DNA of 63,324 nucleotides, filler included, from Octopus bimaculoides (Eukaryota): NCBI RefSeq assembly GCF_001194135.2. It is 5 parts of 5 records of this genome, joined end to end, with 100 filler letters (N's around TTAATTAATTAA, not from the genome) between each part and the next. Parts side by side here need not be neighbours in the genome. Positions count along the whole stretch, not along the records: positions 1 to 15,360 come from NC_069001.1; positions 15,461 to 39,552 come from NC_069006.1; 3 more parts are not named here. One strand, 5' to 3'. Shown piece by piece: positions 12,520 to 25,054 of this stretch (position 1 is its first letter; each line of letters starts with the position of its first letter). The notes under the pieces were generated by a model. It saw only the letters and a program-made list of their open reading frames with translations, ran no database searches and was not told where the DNA came from. The position numbers and the translations under genes were made by a program.

Positions 12520-12970
12520 AATACTCACGTACAAATTTGAATGATCGAAAAGACACTTCCCCGCATTCCGATTAATTTAAATGCTCTCGAGGGGCATTGT
12601 AATTTGCAAGTGCCAAATTCTGTGACCGAAGTGCGAAATTGCATGATCGAAAAACCAATTTGAATGACTAACTCCGTGGTGGTAATTTTTTTCGCGACTT
12701 TGAGCGACCCTATCAAATTGGATGACAAGCGTACGAAAATGACTCCGAAAATCTATAATAATAATATTAATAATGTTAGTGCGCTCGGCCGACGGTGCTA
12801 CACGCTTTGCAGCTCCACGACCCTCGTGGTCAAAATCTTCAACAATGCGTTTAACAGAATTACGGAACTGAAGTTGATAAAACCATTGTATTGTACCTCT
12901 GCGCCTGCACATCAGTCGTAAAGATTTTCTAATCACCTCTTCTTGGTTACAAACTATCTCTCCCCATACT
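12520..12970 (-). mobile_element. Second Tc1-like relic (N-terminal HTH fragment plus subterminal repeats)
   Basis: QLQFRNSVKRIVEDFDHEGR resembles the Tc1 HTH segment; repeated tgatcgaaaa motifs; no catalytic domain seen. Confidence 0.4.
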
Positions 12971-13253
12971 CGAGAATTCTCTATCATTGTTTCCTTGCTA
13001 GACCTTATCGATTCTAATCTCATAGCCCTGTACATGGTTAACCGCTGTCGATTGTTGATAATTGCCTCGCATATTCCACACAGATTACACACCCCACATG
13101 TGATATACGACATACAACATGTGTATCATATTCCACACTTAACTTATAGAGAACAACAACTCCACATTACTAAAAGCTATTTATCATTTATAGTTTGTGT
13201 TGCTCATTCATGAGAAGATATTGTGCTATTGATTGTCGTCTCTTTCATTTCAG

Positions 13254-13365
13254 GCAAAGATGTCCTTGCCGTGCTGAATTTTATATTTATGGGCGTGATG
13301 TGACGAGTTTGTGCAATTACGGTCCTTTTTGGAAAAATTATTATGAACGTGTTAATGGTTTGTAA
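13254..13365 (+). CDS. Secreted Cys-rich peptide, exon 3 (V)QRCPCRAEFYIYGRDVTSLCNYGPFWKNYYERVNGL*
   Basis: Acceptor gtctctttcatttcag|G completes GT+G=Val from exon 2; total CDS 246 nt = 81 aa + stop; 8 Cys in the mature part. Confidence 0.82.
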
Positions 13366-13581
13366 ATTATCTTTATTGTTCTTTCTGTTTGTATTTTTTT
13401 TTCAACTGTCTAGTTTCTTTTAAACGTAGTTTATAATCAAACATTGAAAGTAAATTGAAGTCACGAAGCATGTCTCTACGCTTTTTCATTGTAACTCTTT
13501 TCTCTTCTGTACAACTAAATCTATGTCATCGTTAATTTTGAAACCAAATGAGTGAATGATGAATATTATACGAACCCCTTA

Positions 13582-13587
13582 AATAAA
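13582..13587 (+). promoter_or_regulatory. Candidate polyadenylation signal AATAAA of the peptide gene
   Basis: Canonical hexamer about 215 nt after the stop codon; AT-rich context lowers specificity. Confidence 0.4.
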
Positions 13588-13737
13588 TACATATTTTAGT
13601 CTATTTAATTGTTCAATAACCAGTAACTACAACTACAACATCCAAACGAGAGCATCCAACATACATTTGTCCATGAGACAAACAAGTCTCTTTTAATCGC
13701 AAGCCAGTGACTGTCCTTGCGATTTATTGATGGACAT

Positions 13738-13927
13738 TACTCTTTTACTCTTTTACTTGTTTCAGTCATTCGATTGTGGCCATGCAAATCGACCCCGGGA
13801 CTTATTCTTTGTAAGCCTAGTACTTATTCTATCGGTCTCTTTTTTGCCGAACAGCTAAGTTACGGGGGCATAAACACACCAGCATCGGTTGTCAAGCAAT
13901 GCTAGGGGGACAAACACAGACATACAA

Positions 13928-13992
<65 letters not shown>

Positions 13993-14300
13993 TATATATA
14001 AATATATAGTTTTAGGGAAAAGAAGCAAGTTTCATGAACTTTTCATCGATGAAAATCCACTATCACATATAGAAAAATTAATAATTAAAAGCACAATAAA
14101 TGAGTATAATATAATACAAAGTAAATATCATAAGATAAAATGACTACACGTGTTTCATAACTAATTTTCAAATACATATATACGACGGGCTTCTTTCAGT
14201 TTCCGTCTACCAAATCCACTCACAAGGCTTTGGTCGGCCCGAGCGGAACCATGTGGTTGGTAAGCAAGCTACTTACCACACAGCCACTACTGCGCCTATG
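13738..14300 (-). mobile_element. SINE family B, interrupted by about 180 bp of AT-rich sequence and internally deleted
   Basis: Homology to 7690-8061 in two blocks. Confidence 0.85.
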
Positions 14301-15041
14301 TCAAATTGAAAACTGTACTCTTTTAGACTGGACTAGTACATCTGTAAGGTATTAATGAAGTTCTAGTAATGAAAACATTATCGCCTGCTCCGCGTCCAGA
14401 GAGTACACCACTCGGCACCCTTTTTAAATTGTGAATCTTCTCCTCTTACTCTCTGTTCAGATAACCTTAGAATTGTTTGAGCTTCAGTTTCTTCATGCCG
14501 ATTTTGAGCTAGTCTTTTTCTCTCCATTTGCAATGTTACGTATGTAATGTTTTAAACTTAAAGACATCTGAAGACAAAGAAAAATAACAGCTTATCCCCC
14601 CCCCTCTCTCTCTCTCACTATTATGTTTAGTTATAACAAAAACAATATCGGATATATCTGTGAAGTTACTTTATACTTTTGTAGAGTACAAATTTGTTCT
14701 TAAACAAGAATATTGCTGATTGTGACTTCGAAATGTCGACTGGCTTGGCCATCGTCTTTACTGTCCCAGACTTCGAAGTCACTGCCTTACGGATATCATT
14801 CTTGTTTAAGAATATGATACGTCTATTATACACACACAGAAAGGGACACACGCACAAACACATGTATATGCGTATTTATCTTGGAATATCCCTATGTATA
14901 TACTTTATATCTGTGCACACGCGGACGCGCTCATTCATCCAGCCGTTGATCCATACATCCTACTACCCATTCATACATATATGTATGTGTATTCCTGTAC
15001 GTGTATGTGTGTGTGCGTGCGTGTGCGTGTGTGTGTTTGTT

Positions 15042-15081
<40 letters not shown>

Positions 15082-15781
15082 TGGAAACCCTTAGAGCTTT
15101 GGAGACGAAGCGTTTCTGTGAATGCGGCAGAATGTGAGACGGTGAGAGAGAGAGAGAGAAAAGAGATTGGCAAAAAAATAGGGAGAGTGAAGTAATTTAT
15201 TAAATTCTTTTGCAGTCACTTGACTCTGCGATTCGTATATACGATTATCGCAAGCAGTGGTGACATTAAAACAAATTACTAAACAAATAACAGGCCCAAA
15301 CTCACATTAAAAAATACACCCATTATGTATACCACACATATACACATTCATATACAACACNNNNNNNNNNNNNNNNNNNNNNNNNNNNNNNNNNNNNNNN
15401 NNNNTTAATTAATTAANNNNNNNNNNNNNNNNNNNNNNNNNNNNNNNNNNNNNNNNNNNNAGGTTTTAATTATAAAAAGGTAAGAAGAAACGTGTGCCAT
15501 CTTTTTTCTCACGACATTACTACTAACTACTACTACTACTACTACTAGCAGCACCACCACTACTTATTACTACTACTGGTACTACTACTATTACTACTAC
15601 TACTACCACCACTACTGCACTGTGAGCGCACTGCCTCCTCCCTCCCTCCCTCCTCCTCCTCCTCCTTCGCTAATAATAAATAATCCGTTCCGTTCTTTCG
15701 TTGCTGGTCCGTGAGCGACGACCGTCGTCACTTGTTTGTAATTCAGCTTGTCAGTACGTGCAAGTGGAACTGATGTCGCTA

Positions 15782-15824
<43 letters not shown>

Positions 15825-16359
15825 GCACCAAACATTACATTTACTCTGTGCGTGCAGTGTTTTCAAGAAGACTGCCTGCTGCTCTATTCTCCATAACTAT
15901 GCTGCTTGCTGCTACTACTACTACTACTACTACTACTACAAGCAAATCTTTGCTTCTCTGTTTTAATCTGTCTCTCTCTTTTTGTTTGTCTCTCTCTTTG
16001 CCTCTCTCTCTCCTTTTCTGTCTGTCTCTAACTCTCNNNNNNNNNNGCATTGGTAGGAAGGCAGTGGATTGGGGGGGGGCGCTATGAATTTATTATAATA
16101 TTATTTATAGCATTATATACACATTATATAATATTATATTAAATATCAAATGATTCATAGTACATATATAATTTTAGTGAAATATAAAATATTTATTTAC
16201 ACATAAAAATAGTGGCGGGGGACGCTGAGGGTATAATGTGGCCATAAGGGGGGCAGTGGCTCAAAAAGTTTGAGAACCTCTGTTCTAAAACAAGACGGGA
16301 TTGTCACTATTGGAATGCCCTCCATTACACGGACCTACTCGATCAGAGCTAACGATTAC

Positions 16360-16850
16360 CTGGTACTCTTTTACTCTTTTACTTGTTTCAGTTATTTGAC
16401 TGCGGCCATACTGGAGCACCGCCGTTAGTCGAGCAAATCGACACCAGGACTTATTCTTTGTAAGCCTAGAACTTATTCTATTGGTAACTTATTCTAAGTT
16501 ACGGGGACGTAAACACACCAGCATCGGTTGTCAAGCGATGTTGGGGAGACAAACACAGACACAGAAACACACATATATATATACATATATACGACGGGCT
16601 TCTTTCAGTTTCCGTCTACCAAATCCACTCACAAGGCTTTTGTCGGCCCGAGGCTATAGTAGNNNNNNNNNNTATACATATATACGACGGGCTTCTTTCA
16701 GTTTCCGTCTATCAAATCCACTCACAAGGCTTTTGTCGGCCCGAGGCTATAGTAGAAGACACTTGCCCAAGGTGCCACGCAGTGGGACTGAACCCGGAAC
16801 CATGTAGTTGGTAAGCAAGCTAATTACCACACAGCCACTCCTGCGCCTAC
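16360..16850 (-). mobile_element. SINE family B (local duplication around a 10-N gap, possibly an assembly overlap)
   Basis: Homology to 7690-8061; 16590-16662 is repeated at 16685-16755. Confidence 0.85.
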
Positions 16851-17174
16851 TAATATTAATACTAATACTGCTCACTGCACGGGCCTAAGTCAACGAGGTA
16901 GTTTCGGCGCTAATTTCGATTCGAACGTCAATAAATAGATTCGTTTTTCGCCTCTCACTTAGCAATTCTGCTTTTTACACGTTTCTTTTTTATATTGATT
17001 TTCTGTTTTGTATTTACACTTTTGCACTACACTCGTTTCATAAAGAAGCAAAAAACTTCGATAAAATAGATGTAAACATGGGAGGAAATTATAGAAAAGC
17101 TATCTCGGCTCTCCTGAATGACCGAAACGAATTAGTGAATGTTTTAATACTGGCAAAACATACAATCCTCAGCT

Positions 17175-17404
17175 GTCTTTACTTGTTTCAGTCATTTGAC
17201 TGCGGCCATGCTGCAGCACCGCCTTTAGTCGAACAAAGCGACCCCAGGACTTATTCTTTGTAAGCCTAGTACTTATTCTATCGGTCTCTTTTTGCCGAAT
17301 CGCTAAGTTACGGGGACATAAACACACCAGCATCGGTTGTTAAGCGATTGTGGGGGGACAAACACAGACACACAAACATATACACACATACACACATACA
17401 TACA
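17175..17404 (-). mobile_element. SINE family B, 3' half
   Basis: Homology to 7690-7880; runs into a gap. Confidence 0.85.
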
Positions 17405-18285
17405 NNNNNNNNNNNNNNNNNNNNNNNNNNNNNNNNNNNNNNNNNNNNNNNNNNNNNNNNNNNNNNNNNNNNNNNNNNNNNNNNNNNNNNNNNNNNNNNN
17501 NNNNNNNNNNNNNNNNNNNNNNNNNNNNNNNNNNNNNNNNNNNNNNNNNNNNNNNNNNNNNNNNNNNNNNNNNNNNNNNNNNNNNNNNNNNNNNNNNNNN
17601 NNNNNNNNNNNNNNNNNNNNNNNNNNNNNNNNNNNNNNNNNNNNNNNNNNNNNNNNNNNNNNNNNNNNNNNNNNNNNNNNNNNNNNNNNNNNNNNNNNNN
17701 NNNNNNNNNNNNNNNNNNNNNNNNNNNNNNNNNNNNNNNNNNNNNNNNNNNNNNNNNNNNNNNNNNNNNNNNNNNNNNNNNNNNNNNNNNNNNNNNNNNN
17801 NNNNNNNNNNNNNNNNNNNNNNNNNNNNNNNNNNNNNNNNNNNNNNNNNNNNNNNNNNNNNNNNNNNNNNNNNNNNNNNNNNNNNNNNNNNNNNNNNNNN
17901 NNNNNNNNNNNNNNNNNNNNNNNNNNNNNNNNNNNNNNNNNNNNNNNNNNNNNNNNNNNNNNNNNNNNNNNNNNNNNNNNNNNNNNNNNNNNNNNNNNNN
18001 NNNNNNNNNNNNNNNNNNNNNNNNNNNNNNNNNNNNNNNNNNNNGTGGGGGAAAAGTTCTTTCTAAGATAGGAGAGTGAAAAAGGGAGATGAATATCGGT
18101 GCGCCCAATAATACTATCCATATCACGTCCTCACTTTGTTGTTTTTTTGTTTTTTTGTTATTGTGTTTTTGAACTATATGACGTACGCTCACACGGACCC
18201 TGGCCTTTCAACTGGATTTTATGAACCCAACCGCCGGATTACCTTGGATTACTGTTCCCGTTGGATCTGCCTTTCCTGAACCTTG

Positions 18286-18325
<40 letters not shown>

Positions 18326-18339
18326 ACAAATGAGAGGAA

Positions 18340-18720
18340 GAGAAATGGATTTCACGAGATTCTTAATTAATCCTAACGATCGTTTCGACCCACCGCTTTG
18401 GAGATTCTGCACAACCGTGGAGTTCACATCACCCAGAGCACCAGAACTGTTTTGGCTACTTAACAAGTATACAAAGCTGTCTGCAACCTTGAGCCTCTTT
18501 TCATAAACAAACACTGTCGGCTCCACATACCTGTATCCCGGAGCAGGCTGATACAATACGACAGTTTTTGTCAAAGCTAATGGTCAAGCCCAGGGCAGTG
18601 CATGTGTTAGAATTAACTGTTGCATGTCATGCTGGGAAGGAGCAAACAGGTATACAGTATACAGGAATTCTCTGATCAAAGACGACTGCACTCCAGTGCT
18701 TGCACACATGCGTTGATATT
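18340..18720 (-). mobile_element. RTE LINE reverse-transcriptase fragment (YADD region and downstream)
   Basis: SSLIREFLY...LFAPSQHDMQQL...KTVVLYQPAPGYRYVEPTVFVYEKRLKVADSFVYL. Confidence 0.85.
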
Positions 18721-19152
18721 TTGTTTGGGTTGCAGTGGAAGGGGCACAGGAGACATGATCTTTTCGGTAAGGCAACTACAGGAGAAATACATTGAACAAA
18801 GAACGGATCTCTGTCAAGTCTGATCTCCAGATGCCTTGTGGAAAATCTTGGGAAAGCTCGGTTGTGCTGTCTTTTCCACGATGACATGAAGGCCTAAGTC
18901 AGTGTGGGTGGCAAACGTTTGGAACCAATATATGTTGACAATGGTGTCAAGCAGGGAGATATTCCTGCTCCAAATCTTTTTGCCTTGTACTTCGCAATGG
19001 CGTCTTCGATGGCGTTCAAAAACTGCCCTCATATATCCGATATTGACCATCGGGAAGGCTTTTCAATCTTCGATGCATGCGTGAAAATCCTAAAGTGAAG
19101 TCGTATTTGATCAAAGAGTTCCTGCATGTTGACGACTGTGACCTGTTTGCTT
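18721..19152 (+). mobile_element. RTE LINE reverse-transcriptase fragment (upstream RT motifs to YADD)
   Basis: SGRGTGDMIFSVRQLQEKYIEQ...NGVKQGDIPAPNLFALYF...IKEFLHVDDCDLFA. Confidence 0.92.
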
Positions 19153-19659
19153 ACACACACACACACACACACANNNNNNNNNNNNNNNNNNNNNNNNNNN
19201 NNNNNNNNNNNNNNNNNNNNNNNNNNNNNNNNNNNNNNNNNNNNNNNNNNNNNNNNNNNNNNNNNNNNNNNNNNNNNNNNNNNNNNNNNNNNNNNNNNNN
19301 NNNNNNNNNNNNNNNNNNNNNNNNNNNNNNNNNNNNNNNNNNNNNNNNNNNNNNNNNNNNNNNNNNNNNNNNNNNNNNNNNNNNNNNNNNNNNNNNNNNN
19401 NNNNNNNNNNNNNNNNNNNNNNNNNNNNNNNNNNNNNNNNNNNNNNNNNNNNNNNNNNNNNNNNNNNNNNNNNNNNNNNNNNNNNNNNNNNATTCGTGCT
19501 CTCAGTTTTAATTTCGGCGCTTTTCTGCATTTCCTCTCCAACTTACTTTAAATATTGGAACATATTCTTTCTAACGCACGCACAACATACCATAGACATT
19601 CTTTTTTGCTGAGCGTACAAGGGAAATAACTTTTGATAAAGTTTTCTCCCTTTAAAAAA

Positions 19660-19718
<59 letters not shown>

Positions 19719-19721
19719 AGA

Positions 19722-19918
19722 TATTGGTTTCAAATTTTAGCTCAAAGCCAGCAAGCTATGGGTTAGGGCTAACTCGATATAATCGAAACATCGACCTCGA
19801 CAGGGTGAAAAGCAAAGTCCACCTCAGCGGAATTTGAACTCAAATCGTAACGACGACGAAATGCTATTAAGTATTTTCCCCGGTGTGCTAAAGATTGACA
19901 ACTCGCCGCCTTAGACGC
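19722..19918 (-). mobile_element. SINE family A, diverged
   Basis: Reverse-complement homology to 10943-11167. Confidence 0.75.
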
Positions 19919-19958
19919 TAATATATATATAAATAAATATATATATATTTTATTTTTC

Positions 19959-20252
19959 ATTCTCTTTCGAAATTATCCCTAATTGTGGTGTAGAGCATTG
20001 GCTGCTCTTTCTAGTGGGTTAGATGTCCTATTATGGGCATCTCGTGTTTATATGTTAATCTTGGCTTTTCCGCTGATGACAGCTGGCCTTGCAAAATATT
20101 TTATTTTGCTGAAAATAGCTTGAAACCATGGTTCGGAAAATAGATGGTAAATGTTTTTGTATTTCATTCCCTTTCGAAATTATCCCTAATTGTGGTATGG
20201 AGTTTTGACTGCTCCTTCTAGCGGGTTAGATGTCCTATTATCGTCATCTCTG
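19959..20252. repeat. About 90-bp direct duplication with about 207-bp period
   Basis: tttcgaaattatccctaattgtggt...ggttagatgtcctattat occurs at about 19959-20048 and 20167-20252. Confidence 0.85.
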
Positions 20253-20519
20253 GTGTGTTTAAATGTACATTGTATTTAAATGAATAATATATAGTCTATT
20301 GACTAATTTTTTCTTCTCGCTACACCACTGGTAGCAAATAGAATGTCTAAATTTTTTTTTGCTACCCTGAGATTTATTGATATATATATATNNNNNNNNN
20401 NNNNNNNNNNNNNNNNNNNNNNNNNNNNNNNNNNNNNNNNNNNNNNNNNNNNNNNNNNNNNNNNNNNNNNNNNNNNNNNNNNNNNNNNNNNNNNNNNNNN
20501 NNNNNNNNNNNNNNNNNNA

Positions 20520-20790
20520 TATATGGGAGAATTTACGAAAAAACAACAGACGCAGACAGGTGTTGTAAACAACAAATGGATGTATTAGTATAACACTCGG
20601 GAATAGAGAAAGTCTTTGACATTTCGAGCCTACGCTTTTCAACTGAAAGGAACACAGAAAGAAACAAGGAGAGAAACAAGGAGAGAAAAAATATATAAAT
20701 GTAGTGGTCAGCGATCTATCATGGCGACGAATGCCGGACAGAAAGATCACACAGGAGAGCTAAGAAAAGAGGAAATAACAAAGAAGTGGT
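20520..20790 (-). repeat. Penelope-like repeat copy with hammerhead-like motif (20614-20649)
   Basis: Minus strand CTTT CAGTTGA A AAGC GTAG GCTC GAA ATGT C AAAG. Confidence 0.7.
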
Positions 20791-20799
20791 GTATATATT

Positions 20800-20945
20800 T
20801 ATATATATATATATTGATTTCAAATTTTGGCACCAGGCCAGCAATTCCGGGAGAGTGTTAAGTCGATTACATCGATCCCAGCGCTTGACTGGTATTTATT
20901 TTCTCGACCCCGAAAGGATGAAAGGCAAAGTCGACCTCAGCGGAT
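20800..20945 (-). mobile_element. SINE family A fragment
   Basis: cgaccccgaaaggatgaaaggcaaagtcgacctc motif. Confidence 0.8.
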
Positions 20946-21089
20946 ACTCTTCCTCTATTTGAGTAGACTAGCACTGAATTATGCCGCCATATATTGATTT
21001 GAAACTGTGGCTGTTAGTAACTACTCGTATTACAGGCTCTGTTATCTTTCTGCTGGACAATAAAGATAAGGTAAGGTTACCTTCTCGAG

Positions 21090-21320
21090 TCATACTGACT
21101 CATAAGGGCCAGTTTGCCGGTTCCATGGCGTATAAATTCCCCCCTGGACGGAACGCCGGTCGTCGCAGTATGACGCATTTTTACCACCTGAGTGGACTGT
21201 TGCAACATAAAATGACGTGTTTTGCTCAAGAACATAACGTGTCACCCGGTCCAGGAACCAAAACCACAGCCTTACGATCAAGAGTCCAGCATCCTAACCA
21301 CCAAGCCACGCTCCTCCACT
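21090..21320 (-). mobile_element. tRNA-derived SINE with V-domain-like core
   Basis: tRNA-like head at the 21320 end; core homologous to 61990-62120 (gcgatggactggcatcctgtccag...gaaaccgg), resembling the V-SINE core as I recall it. Confidence 0.6.
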
Positions 21321-22623
21321 TGTAGAATATACAAGATGTGCCTATGCCTAATAAATGCATATTTTCTCTCGTTTTTACGTGTCAGTCCATTGGTAATCTA
21401 TTTCATTAGTGTTTGGATGCTATCGCAAAGGTAACGGCGAGGTGTTCGATGTCAGAATGGTTGGTTGTTAGGGAGCTGAATCATGTCCTTCGTAGCAGGA
21501 ATTCTTTTGGTCATATCATAAATTTATTCCATCGGTATAGAACTGCGGCTAAACAACATCAACAACAAGAAGAATAACAACAAGCGATAACTCCAAAATC
21601 TTTATTGTACAGGCACTAAATTATANNNNNNNNNNATAATATATATATATTATATATATATATAATATATATTATATATATATATATATATAATATATAT
21701 ATATTATATATATATATAATATATATTATATATATATTATATATATATTATATATATTATGTGTATATATAATATATATATAATATATATAATATATATA
21801 CATATATATACATGAACGTACATACACTCATATATATATATTTATATCTATAGATATTTGATTATTCGTTGGAATTTATAGATACATTTTGACTGATATC
21901 TTTTCACTCATAACTATTAAAATTTCACCGAGTTCTTCTTCTTAACAGACTAATGATATTCCTCCTCATTAGCTTGGCATCAATTAGTTGTTGTTTTTTT
22001 TTTTGCTTTAAATTTTCATCAAATCATTGTTGCTATATACACAAATATTTATCCATAGACATCAAATATTCGTAGACATCTCATCAACAGATCTGTGATA
22101 ACCATCTACTAACCGTTCATCCAGTGCTGTAGTTTATATCATATCCATTGTTAATGTTCATAGATAGTCATTGATATTCTTTATATATATATATATATAT
22201 CCTTACTAGTTACAGTTATTTGCCCGCGCCCATGCTAGGATACATTTGGAGATTTTATTAAAAAACATTTTTTAGGGATTTTGATCCATTTTTATTGCTT
22301 CTCACCATCACCACAACGTATTAATGTGATATTCATTCTTTATATATAGATATTTTATAAGATAGGAAATGTGAATTGGACAATAATTTCACTGGACATA
22401 CACATATATATAAATACATACATAAATATATATAAATGCATATACACTGCAAGATATTTTCTTTTCGAATAGATCTTGTATTTTTTTTCTATATTTTACA
22501 TACGATAACACGGACAAGCAAGCGTATGTATGTTATGCATACACACATGCATATATATACATATATATGTACACGCAGTAACAGATACACAAGCATACGT
22601 GCGCGCGTAACCTGTGAAAAACC

Positions 22624-23023
22624 TAAACCTCGTGTATAATACGCACCCCTTCTCTAATTTGAGTCAAGGAGGTCTATATAACGTCCTTGGTTTGTAAACG
22701 TATACACTGTAACGTCCTTTATTATTATTGTGTATATAACATAATGCAAACGTGTAGTTTTTTGTGCACTTTGCAGAAAATAACGAAATAACAGTAATAA
22801 TGTCAGTGAAAAATAAATATAGCTCAAGGTATTAACTTAAGGTATTTTCGTGCCCGACATCACAAAATGCGTCTAAATAAACATTGCTGGACAGCAAATA
22901 GAGACTCGGACATTGCTTAGAAAATATTTTTCATTTTTAACCTCGTATATAGTACGCACTAGGGATTTTGACCTTTAAATTTTAGGAAAAAAAAATGCGT
23001 ATTATACTCGAGGATTTACGGTA
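22624..23023. mobile_element. Non-autonomous pogo/Tc1-like element (MITE)
   Basis: Left taaacctcgtgtataatacgca is an inverted match to right tgcgtattatactcgaggatttacggta; TACCGTA-type end in TA context; internal third copy cctcgtatatagtacgcac. Confidence 0.7.
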
Positions 23024-24993
23024 TATATAAATATATATATGTATGTATGTATCTGAAACAATGAATAGAAATGGATTTTCTGATAATTCTTCCACTTTAA
23101 TAATTAGATGGTTATAAGTTAAACATTTCTATGCGCTTTTTAAATACGTAATTCTATACCAAGGACTTTCCATTTCTGATTATATAACCTTTCGCTCATC
23201 AGACTTAGCCGACATGGAAGGGAATATGGCGACTGCTCTCTATTAAAATAAAGAACGTTCGGTGGTTTTGGGATATTCTTTGTTGAATATCCCACACGTA
23301 TGTATGTATGTATGTATGTATGTATGTATGTATGTATGTATGTATGCATGCATGCATGTATGTATGTATGCATGCATGTATAGAACACGGAACGTAAAAA
23401 ATAAAAGCAAATGAAACAAAAGCAGCAAAGCAATTTGTCGAACGCAATAATGAGAGATTGAGACTTTTTGGCACAGTCGTTTCGGCGTTACCTATTTGGC
23501 GTCTTTGATTTTATGCTGCCTTATTTGACACTGGGCGTTTAATTTTTCTCACTCTGTTTATGTAAGTGAGCACACACACACACAACAATAAATTGTAAAG
23601 TTTTACTCTTTCTCTCCCCCTCTCTCCTTCTCTCTCTTTGTTTATGTGTGTGAACACATTTCTCTTTATATGTATGAAAGGAAATGCAAAGTGCGCATGT
23701 CAATTGCGCTCAATTAACATATTGTAAAGTCTCTCTCTTCCTCTCTCTCACTTTTTCAATCTATATGTGCATATTTGTGCGCGCTTGTGTGCATGTATGC
23801 TTGCGTATGTATGTGTGTGTGTGTATATGTCTGTGTGTGTGTGTGTGTTGCTTCCAGCGCCAAAAAGCACTTTCACCAAAACACACTAAACGTTTATTCA
23901 GTCGTGCCAAATCGCCAGCGTCTAAACAGCTACGACCAATAGTCCCATTCCACTGTAAGCACTCTTGTCCGTATATTACCTACCCCTGTCGCGTTAATCA
24001 ACAATTTACCTATTCTAGTAATGTTAGGGAACAACTTATCATAGGATTTCTTTAATAAAGATTCTATGACAAGATATAAGCGATAACGAAAGGTAACACA
24101 CTTCTTAACAAAGAAACAAACATAATTACGAAGATAGCATATACAAACATGAACATGTGCACATATACCAAATCAATCCAGTCACTTCCATAGAATTTCT
24201 GCCGTTGCGGCACCTGAGATTGTTTTATGAACCTTTTTCTCTCTTCTCGATTTTGGACGTTTGGATTCCGAACGTTCCGGCGTAGTACGTCTATATGTGC
24301 GTACTAGTGTTTCAGGGCGTTTGGTAATTCTCCTGGTACTCATCGTTTTTCTAGTAGATGGGCACCGTTCCTTTTCAAGGCCCGCATTTAGGTTGAGTCT
24401 TTTGTTTATTTTCTTTTTAAATTCTGCTGGGTGCACAACACCCTCTTCATTGAACCGGGCCGGCCAGTTTAGTAGTCAACGATCACACAATCATTAGCAG
24501 GTAGTGTGTGTGTANNNNNNNNNNNNNNNNNNNNNNNNNNNNNNNNNNNNNNNNNNNNNNNNNNNNNNNNNNNNNNNNNNNNNNNNNNNNNNNNNNNNNN
24601 NNNNNNNNNNNNNNNNNNNNNNNNNNNNNNNNNNNNNNNNNNNNNNNNNNNNNNNNNNNNNNNNNNNNNNNNNNNNNNNNNNNNNNNNNNNNNNNNNNNN
24701 NNNNNNNNNNNNNNNNNNNNNNNNNNNNNNNNNNNNNNNNNNNNNNNNNNNNNNNNNNNNNNNNNNNNNNNNNNNNNNNNNNNNNNNNNNNNNNNNNNNN
24801 NNNNNNNNNNNNNNNNNNNNNNNNNNNNNNNNNNNNNNNNNNNNNNNNNNNNNNNNNNNNNNNNNNNNNNNNNNNNNNNNNNNNNNNNNNNNNNNNNNNN
24901 NNNNNNNNNNNNNNNNNNNNNNNNNNNNNNNNNNNNNNNNNNNNNNNNNNNNNNNNNNNNNNNNNNNNNNNNNNNNNNNNNNNNNNNNNNNNN

Positions 24994-25054
<61 letters not shown>

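Noticed and set aside
20070-20125. CTGATGA...gctGAAA between the 90-bp direct repeats
   Set aside because: Core boxes present, but no stem III/NUH or stem I could be built; at most a decayed Penelope end.
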